Position numbers and translations under genes: made by a program
In this document: positions 56,821 through 64,000 of the stretch, in pieces
Layout: the number at the start of each line of letters is the position of its first letter
Position numbering within the stretch: position 1 is the first letter of the stretch
Notes under the pieces: model-generated
What the model was told of the DNA's origin: nothing
Database searches by the model: none
The model's input: only the letters and a program-made list of their open reading frames with translations
Assembly: GCA_045594545.1 (NCBI GenBank)
Contig: JAZNYQ010000050.1
Location: 194-64,193 of the forward strand
Source of the DNA: Eubacteriales bacterium
Lineage (GTDB): Bacteria; Bacillota; Clostridia; Oscillospirales; UMGS1783
Direction: 5' to 3'
Length of the DNA: 64,000 nt

Positions 56821-58095
56821 ATGATCTGCCGCCCCATTGATGCACAGACCCATGAACAATTTATGATTGGCTCGGCTAAGGAGCACTTTATGCAGACCGC
56901 CGTCTGGGGCGAGATCAAATCGACCGATGGCTGGCAGCATGAATTTGTCGGATTCTATGACGATTCCCAATTATGCGCTACCGCCATGCTCCTCAAAAAA
57001 TCGGTGCCGCTCCTAAAGAAATATTTATACTATTGTCCCCGCGGCCCCATTGCCGACTATGCCGATCGCCAACAGCTTAAAAATATGACTGACGCGCTGC
57101 GGCAATATCTGAAATCTCAGCAAGCGCTGGCTCTTACCATCGACCCCGATGTCGCCATTGCGGCCGTGGATAAATACGATATGCCTACCATGCCTCAAAG
57201 CGATCTGGTCGAATACCTGACCTCGCTCGGCTGGAAGCATAGCGGCTATGTGAAAAATTTTGAGAATAAACAACCCCGCTACACCTTCCGTCTGCCGTTG
57301 GCAGCCGGCATCGATGCGTTGTATGAGAATTGCGACCGCATGGCCCGCAAAAACCTGAAATTTGCCGACGAGGCCGCCATCCGCATCTATCCGTCGGACG
57401 ATCTGGATCGGTATTTTGAGATCATGCGCGATACCGCCGAGCGGGATCACTTCTATGAGGGCTCCCCCTCCTACTATCGCCGCCTGTATCCCATGCTCAA
57501 AGACAAGGGCATGGCACAGCTGTGGTTTGCCCGCTATGAGCCCAAAGAAAACCTGCGCCTGATCGACCACGCCTTAGGCGAACTGGATAACGAGTTGCGC
57601 GAGATCGAGAAGAAGCTGGCCGTCAAGCCCACCCCTCGTTTGGAAACCAAGAAACAACAAACACAGGAAAAGCGCGGCCGCATTGAAAAGCAAAAAGCCT
57701 TAGCGCAAGACTATATGGAGCGGTATCCCGACGGTCTGGATCTGTCCACCCTCATAACCGTTAGCACAAAAAACCGTACCTGGACGGTATGGGGCGGGTC
57801 GCGAAGCGAACTGCGCCAGTTTGCCGCTAATTATAAGATCACATGGCATGCCATTGAGCAGGCGTGTGCGCAAGGCAAGGAATTCGTTGACTTTTTCGGC
57901 AGTACCGGCGACCCCTCACCCGAGAACCCCATCACCGGCATCTATGCTTTTAAGAAGAAATTCTCGGGACTGCATACCGAATTTGCCGGTCAGTTTGACC
58001 TGATCGTTTCCCCCATGGGTTACGCCCTCTGGAATACCCTTTCTCCGCTCGCGCTTAAGGTGCGCCGTCTGTTGCGGCGTCGCCGCGACGGCTGA
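56821..58095 (+). CDS. FemAB family peptidoglycan aminoacyltransferase
   Basis: 424 aa. HFMQTAVWGEIK N-terminus, central coiled-coil arm (ELDNELREIEKKL...), and a C-terminal YAFKKKFSG motif. Confidence 0.8.
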   Translation: MICRPIDAQTHEQFMIGSAKEHFMQTAVWGEIKSTDGWQHEFVGFYDDSQLCATAMLLKKSVPLLKKYLYYCPRGPIADYADRQQLKNMTDALRQYLKSQQALALTIDPDVAIAAVDKYDMPTMPQSDLVEYLTSLGWKHSGYVKNFENKQPRYTFRLPLAAGIDALYENCDRMARKNLKFADEAAIRIYPSDDLDRYFEIMRDTAERDHFYEGSPSYYRRLYPMLKDKGMAQLWFARYEPKENLRLIDHALGELDNELREIEKKLAVKPTPRLETKKQQTQEKRGRIEKQKALAQDYMERYPDGLDLSTLITVSTKNRTWTVWGGSRSELRQFAANYKITWHAIEQACAQGKEFVDFFGSTGDPSPENPITGIYAFKKKFSGLHTEFAGQFDLIVSPMGYALWNTLSPLALKVRRLLRRRRDG

Positions 58096-58144
58096 TATTT
58101 TGTTCATCTAAAGCATAAACATAAATAAAAAGGAGTGACTACTT

Positions 58145-58552
58145 ATGCCCGTAAACGCCGCTTATATCCTTGGCATCCTGTCGGCAATCGCCGCCACCGT
58201 TCTGGCCTTTATCTTCATTCTTCCCGAAAAGAAAAAGGCCGCCCTCCCCGCCGTACTGCAGAAGATTGCAGATATCCTCGATTTCCGTACCCTGTTTCTG
58301 GAGAAGATCGTCAAAGCCCTCTATCTGTTTTTGACCTTCGCCTGCCTCTGCATCGGCCTGTTCATGCTCATCTCGGTCAACTACGGTTTCTATACCGATA
58401 TGTGGATGGGCGGGATCGGACTGCTGACCATGATCGTCGGTCCCATCGTCGTTCGCATCCTGTTCGAGATCACCATGCTCTTCATTTTATTGGTGCAGAA
58501 CGTGATGGAGATCAACAAGAAACTGTCCGAGAAAAACAACAAAGATGCTTAA
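58145..58552 (+). CDS. small multi-TM membrane protein of unknown function
   Basis: 135 aa. AAGGAG RBS at 58129-58134. 3-4 TM helices. Preferred over the overlapping Arg-rich ORF 58135..58572. Confidence 0.5.
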   Translation: MPVNAAYILGILSAIAATVLAFIFILPEKKKAALPAVLQKIADILDFRTLFLEKIVKALYLFLTFACLCIGLFMLISVNYGFYTDMWMGGIGLLTMIVGPIVVRILFEITMLFILLVQNVMEINKKLSEKNNKDA

Positions 58553-58588
58553 AAAAATATCCGAGAACCTAAGTTCTCGGATATTTTT
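58551..58588. terminator. bidirectional terminator
   Basis: atatccgagaac / gttctcggatat stem, A7 before and T4 after. Confidence 0.75.
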
Positions 58589-59135
58589 ATTCTTCTATGC
58601 TGTAGACCTGCATCTCACATTCCGCCATTTTCTTTAATTTGAACAGCGTTGCAATCACGTTCGGTACCGCCTGCTCGTAATACGAATTATAGGCTTTGAC
58701 CTGCCGATTGTATTGCTCGGCGGCATTCGCAATGTCTTGTTCCACTGCACGCAGATCATTCTTCAGGGTTACAAACACGGCGCTGATGCGCAACTTCTGA
58801 TATTTCTCTGCCGAAGCAAACAGGCGGCGCAACGCGTCGGTCAGTTCCGATTCGATGTCGCACTTTTCCATCAGCGACCCTGCCGCGATCGAACGGTTAC
58901 GCAGCGTGATCAACTCCTCAACAATCGCCGTTTCGTGCGCGGCATATTCCTGCACCGATTCGATCAATCCGGGGATAAGGTCATAACGCTTTTTCATGAA
59001 CCGATCCACTACCGAATACTTATCCTCGCACTCATACGTCAGCCCCGAAAAATGACTGCGCACCGCAGAAATCCATATCACAATAATGGCCACAAGCAGC
59101 GCTAATATTCCCAAAATCCAATACAGCCAATCCAT
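58587..59135 (-). CDS. LemA family protein
   Basis: 182 aa. N-terminal TM, then RYDLIPGLIESVQEYAAHE, typical of LemA. Confidence 0.85.
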   Translation of the reverse strand: MDWLYWILGILALLVAIIVIWISAVRSHFSGLTYECEDKYSVVDRFMKKRYDLIPGLIESVQEYAAHETAIVEELITLRNRSIAAGSLMEKCDIESELTDALRRLFASAEKYQKLRISAVFVTLKNDLRAVEQDIANAAEQYNRQVKAYNSYYEQAVPNVIATLFKLKKMAECEMQVYSIEE

Positions 59136-59241
59136 GACGGATCCTCCTCATTTTTTCTTTATTATACCACACCGTCCCTTTGATTTCAAGCACCAAAGCA
59201 CCCCTTACGGCATATCATGTAGTGTAATGGAGGTGTGATAT

Positions 59242-59334
59242 ATGTTTCTTAGATCTACAGATAACGGCGATTGCTGCTGCAATATGTCTATCGTCATCGT
59301 TGGCATCTTGCTGATCATGCTCATCACCCGCTAA
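59242..59334 (+). CDS. putative 30-aa small membrane peptide with a CCC motif (below the ORF-track cutoff)
   Basis: My translation: MFLRSTDNGDCCCNMSIVIVGILLIMLITR*. GGAGGTG RBS ends 7 nt before ATG 59242. A stem-loop terminator follows 3 nt after the stop. Confidence 0.45.
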   Translation: MFLRSTDNGDCCCNMSIVIVGILLIMLITR

Positions 59335-59337
59335 ATG

Positions 59338-59365
59338 AAAAATCCACCCTTTTCGGGTGGATTTT
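59338..59365. terminator. bidirectional stem-loop between the small ORF and the zinc-ribbon gene
   Basis: aaatccaccc / gggtggattt stem with a 5-nt loop. Confidence 0.65.
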
Positions 59366-59367
59366 CA

Positions 59368-60027
59368 TTATTTAAATACATCAATAACGGCAAACACCTT
59401 ATCGGTAATCATGTTGAACACATCACCGAAGAAATAGGACAACACCAGCCCGGCCACCGCCAATACGCCGACCACGATCAGGAATGTCAGCAACACCCCG
59501 CGCGCCAGATTGCGACGGTTAAAGTTCTTGGTACCGCCCAAGGCCCAGATCAAGGTGGCCAGCCATCCGATCACCGGAATGCACATAAGAAGCACCGTGC
59601 CCATATACTGTGCCGAACTGAGCACATCATAGGCCGGATCGTCATAATACTCATCGTAATCAGCCATATCCGTTTTCAGATAAGGCATGTCTTCTGCCTT
59701 TGATTTATCCTCTTCCGGCTCCTGCGCCGCGGCGATCGCCTGTGCAAGATCGGCATCCTCGCTCGGCTTTTCGTCTATAATGACCGGCTCGCCCGGCTCG
59801 TGACCGCTATGTACGGGGGCAGGCTGATCCCGCAATACTTCTTCCTGCGGCTCTTGAGGCACATACAGTTCCTCCACCACCGGCTTCTCTTTTTGTTCTT
59901 CTTCATGATGAGCGGGGAAAGTAGGCTTGAAAGGCGCAGGCTTACGGCCAAAACGTGCCGCACCACATTCGGGACATTTTTCCATATCATCGGTCAGATC
60001 CGCGCCGCAATTGATACAATAATCCAT
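59368..60027 (-). CDS. zinc-ribbon protein with acidic linker and C-terminal TM helices
   Basis: ORF 59368..60039, trimmed to ATG 60027 (GGAGG RBS). CINCG...CPECG ribbon, Glu/Pro-rich linker, 3 TM helices. Confidence 0.6.
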   Translation of the reverse strand: MDYCINCGADLTDDMEKCPECGAARFGRKPAPFKPTFPAHHEEEQKEKPVVEELYVPQEPQEEVLRDQPAPVHSGHEPGEPVIIDEKPSEDADLAQAIAAAQEPEEDKSKAEDMPYLKTDMADYDEYYDDPAYDVLSSAQYMGTVLLMCIPVIGWLATLIWALGGTKNFNRRNLARGVLLTFLIVVGVLAVAGLVLSYFFGDVFNMITDKVFAVIDVFK

Positions 60028-60091
60028 AACTTCCTCCAAATATCGAATATATTCTTATTATATCGGACAAATTCTATTATGTCAAGGGCAC

Positions 60092-60116
60092 AAAAAAGCG
60101 AGGCGTTAGCCTCGCT
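60092..60116 (-). terminator. rho-independent terminator (minus strand) in the structured intergenic region
   Basis: agcgaggc/gcctcgct stem with a 4-nt loop, followed by a T6 run on the minus strand (60092-60097). Confidence 0.6.
60097..60116. repeat. 20-nt hairpin element, copy A (agcgaggcgttagcctcgct)
   Basis: Exact reverse complement of 60381-60400. Confidence 0.8.
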
Positions 60117-60231
60117 TCAGACCGTCAAAAAAGTCGTTTCACCACAGAGAAAGCCGAAAAATAAGAAAAGTGAAATTTACATTCTCAAGTATGCGATCAG
60201 AATAAAGGAATCCAATATTTTGAATTATATT

Positions 60232-60266
60232 AAAAACCCTTGCGTTGCAAGGGTTTTCTCTGTTTT
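60232..60266. terminator. bidirectional terminator-like hairpin
   Basis: aaaacccttgc / gcaagggtttt stem with T-rich flanks on both strands. Confidence 0.55.
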
Positions 60267-60380
60267 CCGCCGATGCGTTCTCTACCGTACCATCGTACGC
60301 CGACGAGATCGCATCGACAAAATGCAACTTCCTTTTTTGATGTCTGCCGGCGTGTCAAAGAAAGTTCTTTGACACGCAAG

Positions 60381-60400
60381 AGCGAGGCTAACGCCTCGCT
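60381..60400. repeat. 20-nt hairpin element, copy B (agcgaggctaacgcctcgct)
   Basis: Exact reverse complement of 60097-60116. It is embedded in a longer 13-bp-stem hairpin (60376-60405) abutting the LCP stop codon. Confidence 0.8.
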
Positions 60401-60405
60401 CTTGC

Positions 60406-61482
60406 TTACGGTTGAGATGATGAACTCAACGAAGAGCTCTCCGAACTCTCGGTCAATGTTTCGGGATCTATATTAGGATCAATATCCTCATAGATGAATT
60501 TATGAATATGGTCGGTCGCTTTATCCAAATCATACTGCATATAATAAATGCCATTGATCATAGCACTTCTGGCGTCATCGTAATCCCCGGGGATCATCGT
60601 TTCGTCAATTACCACCTCGCCGCTGGTAATGACCGGCAGGAATTCCAGCACATCGCTATAGGTGAAGGATGTTGTCACCATCGGAATCATGGATTTCGCC
60701 AAGGACGGATATTGCAACACCGACATAGACGTTACCTTATCAAAGATCGCCATAAGCACCTCGCGCTGACGGCTGGTTCGCATCTGATCGCTATCCAACT
60801 TCCGGATGCGCGCATAGGCAACCGCTTGATCCCCCGTCATCCACACATGCTCTCCGCTGGTCTTTAGCCAAGGGGAGGAAGATCCGCGAATTTCACTGAT
60901 CAATAGATTCAACTCTCTGCGTTCTGCGGGGGTAACATCTAAATACACACCGCCTACCGCATCGATTACCTTGGACATCTGATCAAAGTTGACCGTTACA
61001 TAATCGGTAATATCCAAATTAAAGTTCTCGTTTAGCGTTTTGATCGCCAGAGCCGCCCCGCCGTACCCGTATGCATGGGTCAGTTTGTCACCCCGTCCGT
61101 TGATCTGCACATAACTATCCCGCATAACCGAGATCAATTTCACTTTATTGGTTTGATGATTGATGCTTAGGATCATAATCGCATCGCTCAAGCCGGTATT
61201 GGAATTTCCTCCTGCACGGCTGTCAATGCCAAACAAAGCAATATTGGTGATCTTCTTTTCCTGTTGAATGGAAGAGTGATAACTGCTGTCGATTCCCAGA
61301 TCGTCGGTATCCAATTCCTCCGTTTGCAATCCGCCGAAGAAATAAAAGAACACACCGACCAATATCCCGAGCAGAGCCACAATACTGCCAACCGTGATCC
61401 AGAGAGCACGCCGTCTTTTTTTCTTTTTATTTGCTGCCGGATCCGCTGTCAATACCTTGGCCTCATGTTTTCCCCTCGCCAT
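60406..61482 (-). CDS. LCP (LytR-CpsA-Psr) family protein
   Basis: ORF 60406..61527, trimmed to ATG 61482 (GGAGG 6 nt upstream). One TM helix, NIALFGIDSR and SVMRDSYV LCP motifs, Ser-rich tail. Confidence 0.85.
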   Translation of the reverse strand: MARGKHEAKVLTADPAANKKKKRRRALWITVGSIVALLGILVGVFFYFFGGLQTEELDTDDLGIDSSYHSSIQQEKKITNIALFGIDSRAGGNSNTGLSDAIMILSINHQTNKVKLISVMRDSYVQINGRGDKLTHAYGYGGAALAIKTLNENFNLDITDYVTVNFDQMSKVIDAVGGVYLDVTPAERRELNLLISEIRGSSSPWLKTSGEHVWMTGDQAVAYARIRKLDSDQMRTSRQREVLMAIFDKVTSMSVLQYPSLAKSMIPMVTTSFTYSDVLEFLPVITSGEVVIDETMIPGDYDDARSAMINGIYYMQYDLDKATDHIHKFIYEDIDPNIDPETLTESSESSSLSSSSQP

Positions 61483-61579
61483 TTTCTTCCTCCGCTTTAT
61501 TTTACATTTTGGTTCTTTTCCACACATTGCACCTTATTATATATCTTGCCCAATAAAAAAACAAGACCTAATTTGTAAA

Positions 61580-61612
61580 TAAAAAATAAGCGACCCTTTC
61601 GGATCGCTTATT
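61580..61612 (-). terminator. rho-independent terminator after the lipoprotein gene
   Basis: aataagcga..cc / gg..tcgcttatt hairpin, followed by a T6 run on the minus strand. Confidence 0.7.
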
Positions 61613-61632
61613 CTTCAATGCAAAATCAGTTT

Positions 61633-61974
61633 TTATCTGCCGACTTCGCTGCCACCGATACGGGTAGCCTTGCCGGTAGTCATGCCGTAGTTGTATACAC
61701 CGGAGCCATCCTTCATGATGCCGATGGAGTACACGACTTCATCTTCTGCATTCACAGCGCTCAAGCAGTAGCAGCTCTTAGAGTTGATGATGATATCTTC
61801 CTCAACCTGATAATCATCCCATTCGATCCCGGCCTGAGTCAGCTTCAGATCAAAATAGTAGTTAGCGATTCTGTCGAAATCGGCTTCGGTAACCGGCTTG
61901 GCACCGCATCCGGCCAGCAGACCGGTCGTGCATACCAGCACCAGGAGCATAGCTGCAATAATCTTCTTGGTCAT
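61633..61974 (-). CDS. small lipoprotein of unknown function
   Basis: 113 aa. Signal peptide with lipobox LLAGC. Confidence 0.6.
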   Translation of the reverse strand: MTKKIIAAMLLVLVCTTGLLAGCGAKPVTEADFDRIANYYFDLKLTQAGIEWDDYQVEEDIIINSKSCYCLSAVNAEDEVVYSIGIMKDGSGVYNYGMTTGKATRIGGSEVGR

Positions 61975-62137
61975 TGTCGTTTCACCTTTCTGTCATAAAT
62001 ATTATGCCGACATCGTGTTTTTTACACAATGACCAGCTTAATTAGTATAATATACCACCATCATTAAGTCAACCTTTTTCGGCAAAGTTATCAATTTTTT
62101 CATATTCTGTGCAACTTGCACAAAACTTTTCACCATG

Positions 62138-63193
62138 TCATTTTTGCGCCAAGGTTTTACGTTTTTGCCGCCGTACACGATTGATGTGACGCTCGAAATC
62201 TCCGTTATCCATCAGCCGCGCCAACACCAACTGAATATAGGTGGGCACCGTACAGGAATAAAAGCCGAGTTTGTGCTCAAATTCCTTGGCTAATCCCAGC
62301 GGCAGCACCATATACCCCGCCCGCAATGACGGCGAAACGGTCTGCGAAAAGGTATTCATATAGATTACATTTTCAAACTGCGCATGAGAAAAGAGAGTCT
62401 CTTCCGCCTTTTTCGATACCGAAAATTCCGACTCAAAATCATCTTCTACAATATACCGTCCCTCATGCGCCCAACGCAGATATTCATGCCGCTTGGAGGC
62501 TGATGCACTGACACCACTGGGGAAACTGCGATAGGGCGAGATATGCAAGATGTCGGCCTGCGTGCAGCGCAAAGCCGTGCTGTCAATGCCGTCCTGCCCC
62601 AGCGGCAGCATCTCTACCTCCACCCCCGCCGACCGATATACCTGCTCGATCTTTTTATAGGACGGCGACTCGATCCCATAGATACGATCCCGCCCCAGCA
62701 ACTCCACGATCATGCGGTACAAATATTCCGAGCCCGATCCGATCACGATCTGATCATCCCTCGCCTGTATGCCTCGACTGCGTGCCAGATACCGCCGAAT
62801 GGCCTGCCGAAATTCCCGGCACCCGATCGGTTCCGATCGCTCCAAAATGTCCGCACCGTAATCCCCCATCACCGAACGCATCGTCCGATGCAAAACCGAA
62901 AGGGGAAACTCAGCCGTACCGCTGTCATGCTTAAGCGGCATGATCGCGCGGGGCGAGGCGGCAAACCCATCATCGGTTCGAAAGATAACAAAATACCCGC
63001 TGCGTTGTCGTGCTTCGATGTACCCCTCATCCATCAGCAATTCATAGGCGTGTGCCACCGTGATCAGCCCCACACCCAACTTCTCTGCCATGGTGCGCTT
63101 GGATGGCAATTTACTACCCAAGGGGTAGATTCCGCCGACAATCGCCTCTCTCATCTTCTTATATAGTTGTAAATAGGTGGCTTCCTGTCTCAT
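62138..63193 (-). CDS. short MocR/PdxR-like GntR-family regulator (wHTH + truncated aminotransferase-like domain)
   Basis: 351 aa. N-terminal GntR wHTH (LPSKRTMAEKLGVGLITVAHAYELLMDEGYIEARQRSGYFV). AAT-fold region with NTFSQTVSPSLRAGYMVLP. Confidence 0.8.
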   Translation of the reverse strand: MRQEATYLQLYKKMREAIVGGIYPLGSKLPSKRTMAEKLGVGLITVAHAYELLMDEGYIEARQRSGYFVIFRTDDGFAASPRAIMPLKHDSGTAEFPLSVLHRTMRSVMGDYGADILERSEPIGCREFRQAIRRYLARSRGIQARDDQIVIGSGSEYLYRMIVELLGRDRIYGIESPSYKKIEQVYRSAGVEVEMLPLGQDGIDSTALRCTQADILHISPYRSFPSGVSASASKRHEYLRWAHEGRYIVEDDFESEFSVSKKAEETLFSHAQFENVIYMNTFSQTVSPSLRAGYMVLPLGLAKEFEHKLGFYSCTVPTYIQLVLARLMDNGDFERHINRVRRQKRKTLAQK

Positions 63194-63283
63194 CTGGTTC
63201 TATAAAATTCTCCTGTTTTGATACTTTTCATGCTACCAAAAATAGTATATAGTATCTTCCGTAAAAAAGCAAGGAGGGATTTT

Positions 63284-64000
63284 ATGCACAATCATGAGAA
63301 AAAGATTGCCGTCATCAATGATTTTTGCGGATTTGGCCGTTGTTCGCTCGCGGTATCGCTGCCCATCATTTCGGCACTCAAAGTGCAATGTTGTCCCCTG
63401 CCTACTTCTGTTTTTTCCAATCATACGGGATTTGACCGTTTCTATTCCACTGACTTTACTCCGCATATGACTTCCTATATTGAGCAATGGAAGGCGCTCG
63501 ACCTAACATTTTCCGGCATCCTGACCGGCTATCTCGGCTCTCCTGAGCAAATTGCCATTGTCAAGGATTTTTTAACGCAGTTCAAAAAGGAAGACACGGT
63601 GGTGGTCATAGATCCCGTTATGGGAGATAACGGCATGCTGTACCCTTCCTACTCGCCCATGTTGGCGGATAAGATGAAAGAGCTGGTTCCCTATGCCGAT
63701 ATCCTCACTCCCAACCTTACAGAGGCCTGTTTTTTAACAAAAACACCCTATAAATCGGATCTAAACGAGCAAAAATTAACCGAAATTTGCCTGAAATTGA
63801 CCCAAATGGGGCCAAAAAAGGTGGTAATTTCGGGGCTGGAACGGGGCGAAAACCTCGAAAATTTCATTTTTGAAGACGGAAATGTTACCCTTGTGACCGA
63901 ACACAAGGTGGGGCCAAACCGCGCCGGGACGGGGGATGTTTTTTCTTCGATCTTGGCCGCCGACACGGTAAACGGCATGTCGTTGCAAACCGCCGTGCGG
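63284..64000 (+). CDS. pdxK: pyridoxal/pyridoxamine kinase, 3' end beyond the window
   Basis: My translation from ATG 63284 (AAGGAGGG RBS): MHNHEKKIAVINDFCGFGRCSLAVSLPIISALKVQCCPLPTSVFSNHTGF...VIDPVMGDNG...GTGDVFSS. Open to the window end, so it is absent from the ORF track. Confidence 0.85.
   Translation, partial: MHNHEKKIAVINDFCGFGRCSLAVSLPIISALKVQCCPLPTSVFSNHTGFDRFYSTDFTPHMTSYIEQWKALDLTFSGILTGYLGSPEQIAIVKDFLTQFKKEDTVVVIDPVMGDNGMLYPSYSPMLADKMKELVPYADILTPNLTEACFLTKTPYKSDLNEQKLTEICLKLTQMGPKKVVISGLERGENLENFIFEDGNVTLVTEHKVGPNRAGTGDVFSSILAADTVNGMSLQTAVR

Noticed and set aside
58135-58572. 145-aa Arg/His-rich ORF overlapping the 58145..58552 membrane-protein ORF in another frame.
   Set aside because: The alternative frame (58145) has an AAGGAG RBS at proper spacing and encodes coherent TM helices. 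The 58135 frame gives a low-complexity basic sequence.
1-64000. CRISPR arrays, IS elements or transposases, rRNA operons, retron or defence-island signatures.
   Set aside because: Reading both strands, I saw no regularly spaced direct repeats, no transposase- or integrase-like ORFs and no rRNA-like sequence. The window is dominated by core genes.

Overview
This is a chromosomal segment from an endospore-forming Firmicute of the Clostridia type. The sporulation genes spoIVB, spo0A and yabP-yabQ-divIC are present. I support about 68 protein-coding genes and three solitary tRNA genes: Lys-UUU, Leu-CAA and Arg-CCG. Most genes are housekeeping: argG-argH, uvrC, ptsH, trxB, pcrA, asnA, two tandem class A PBPs, ychF, ispE, alaR/alaT-like, nadE, an EF-G2-type paralog, the Asp23/DAK2 pair, a FemAB-family enzyme, an LCP protein and pdxK. 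I found no CRISPR array, transposase, integrase, rRNA or clear prophage. No complete novel multi-gene system stands out, so the findings are mostly single-locus anomalies that need database or experimental checks. The most notable are these. (1) A decayed copy of the spoIVB 3' end, with its own terminator, lies directly upstream of spo0A, while the intact spoIVB lies 6.5 kb away across a partly AT-rich carbohydrate island. (2) That island encodes a kinase-less aldonate route: epimerase, SDR, MBL-fold, DgoD-like dehydratase and HpcH-type aldolase. (3) ispE has a conserved N-terminus that is only reachable from a non-canonical ATC start in a TAATC stop/start overlap. (4) A short MocR/PdxR-like regulator next to pdxK has Gln in place of the PLP-binding Lys. 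(5) A two-domain NadE appears to have lost the Lys and Cys of its glutaminase triad. (6) A multi-TM LuxR regulator is divergent from an AT-rich triple-repeat surface protein, next to a leaderless DUF11 protein. Further items include an orphan XRE/ImmA pair with a perfect palindromic operator, a Rad50/SbcC-like ATPase with a hydrophobic hairpin in its coiled coil, an unannotated 30-codon CCC peptide gene, and a hairpin-dense 370-bp intergenic region.
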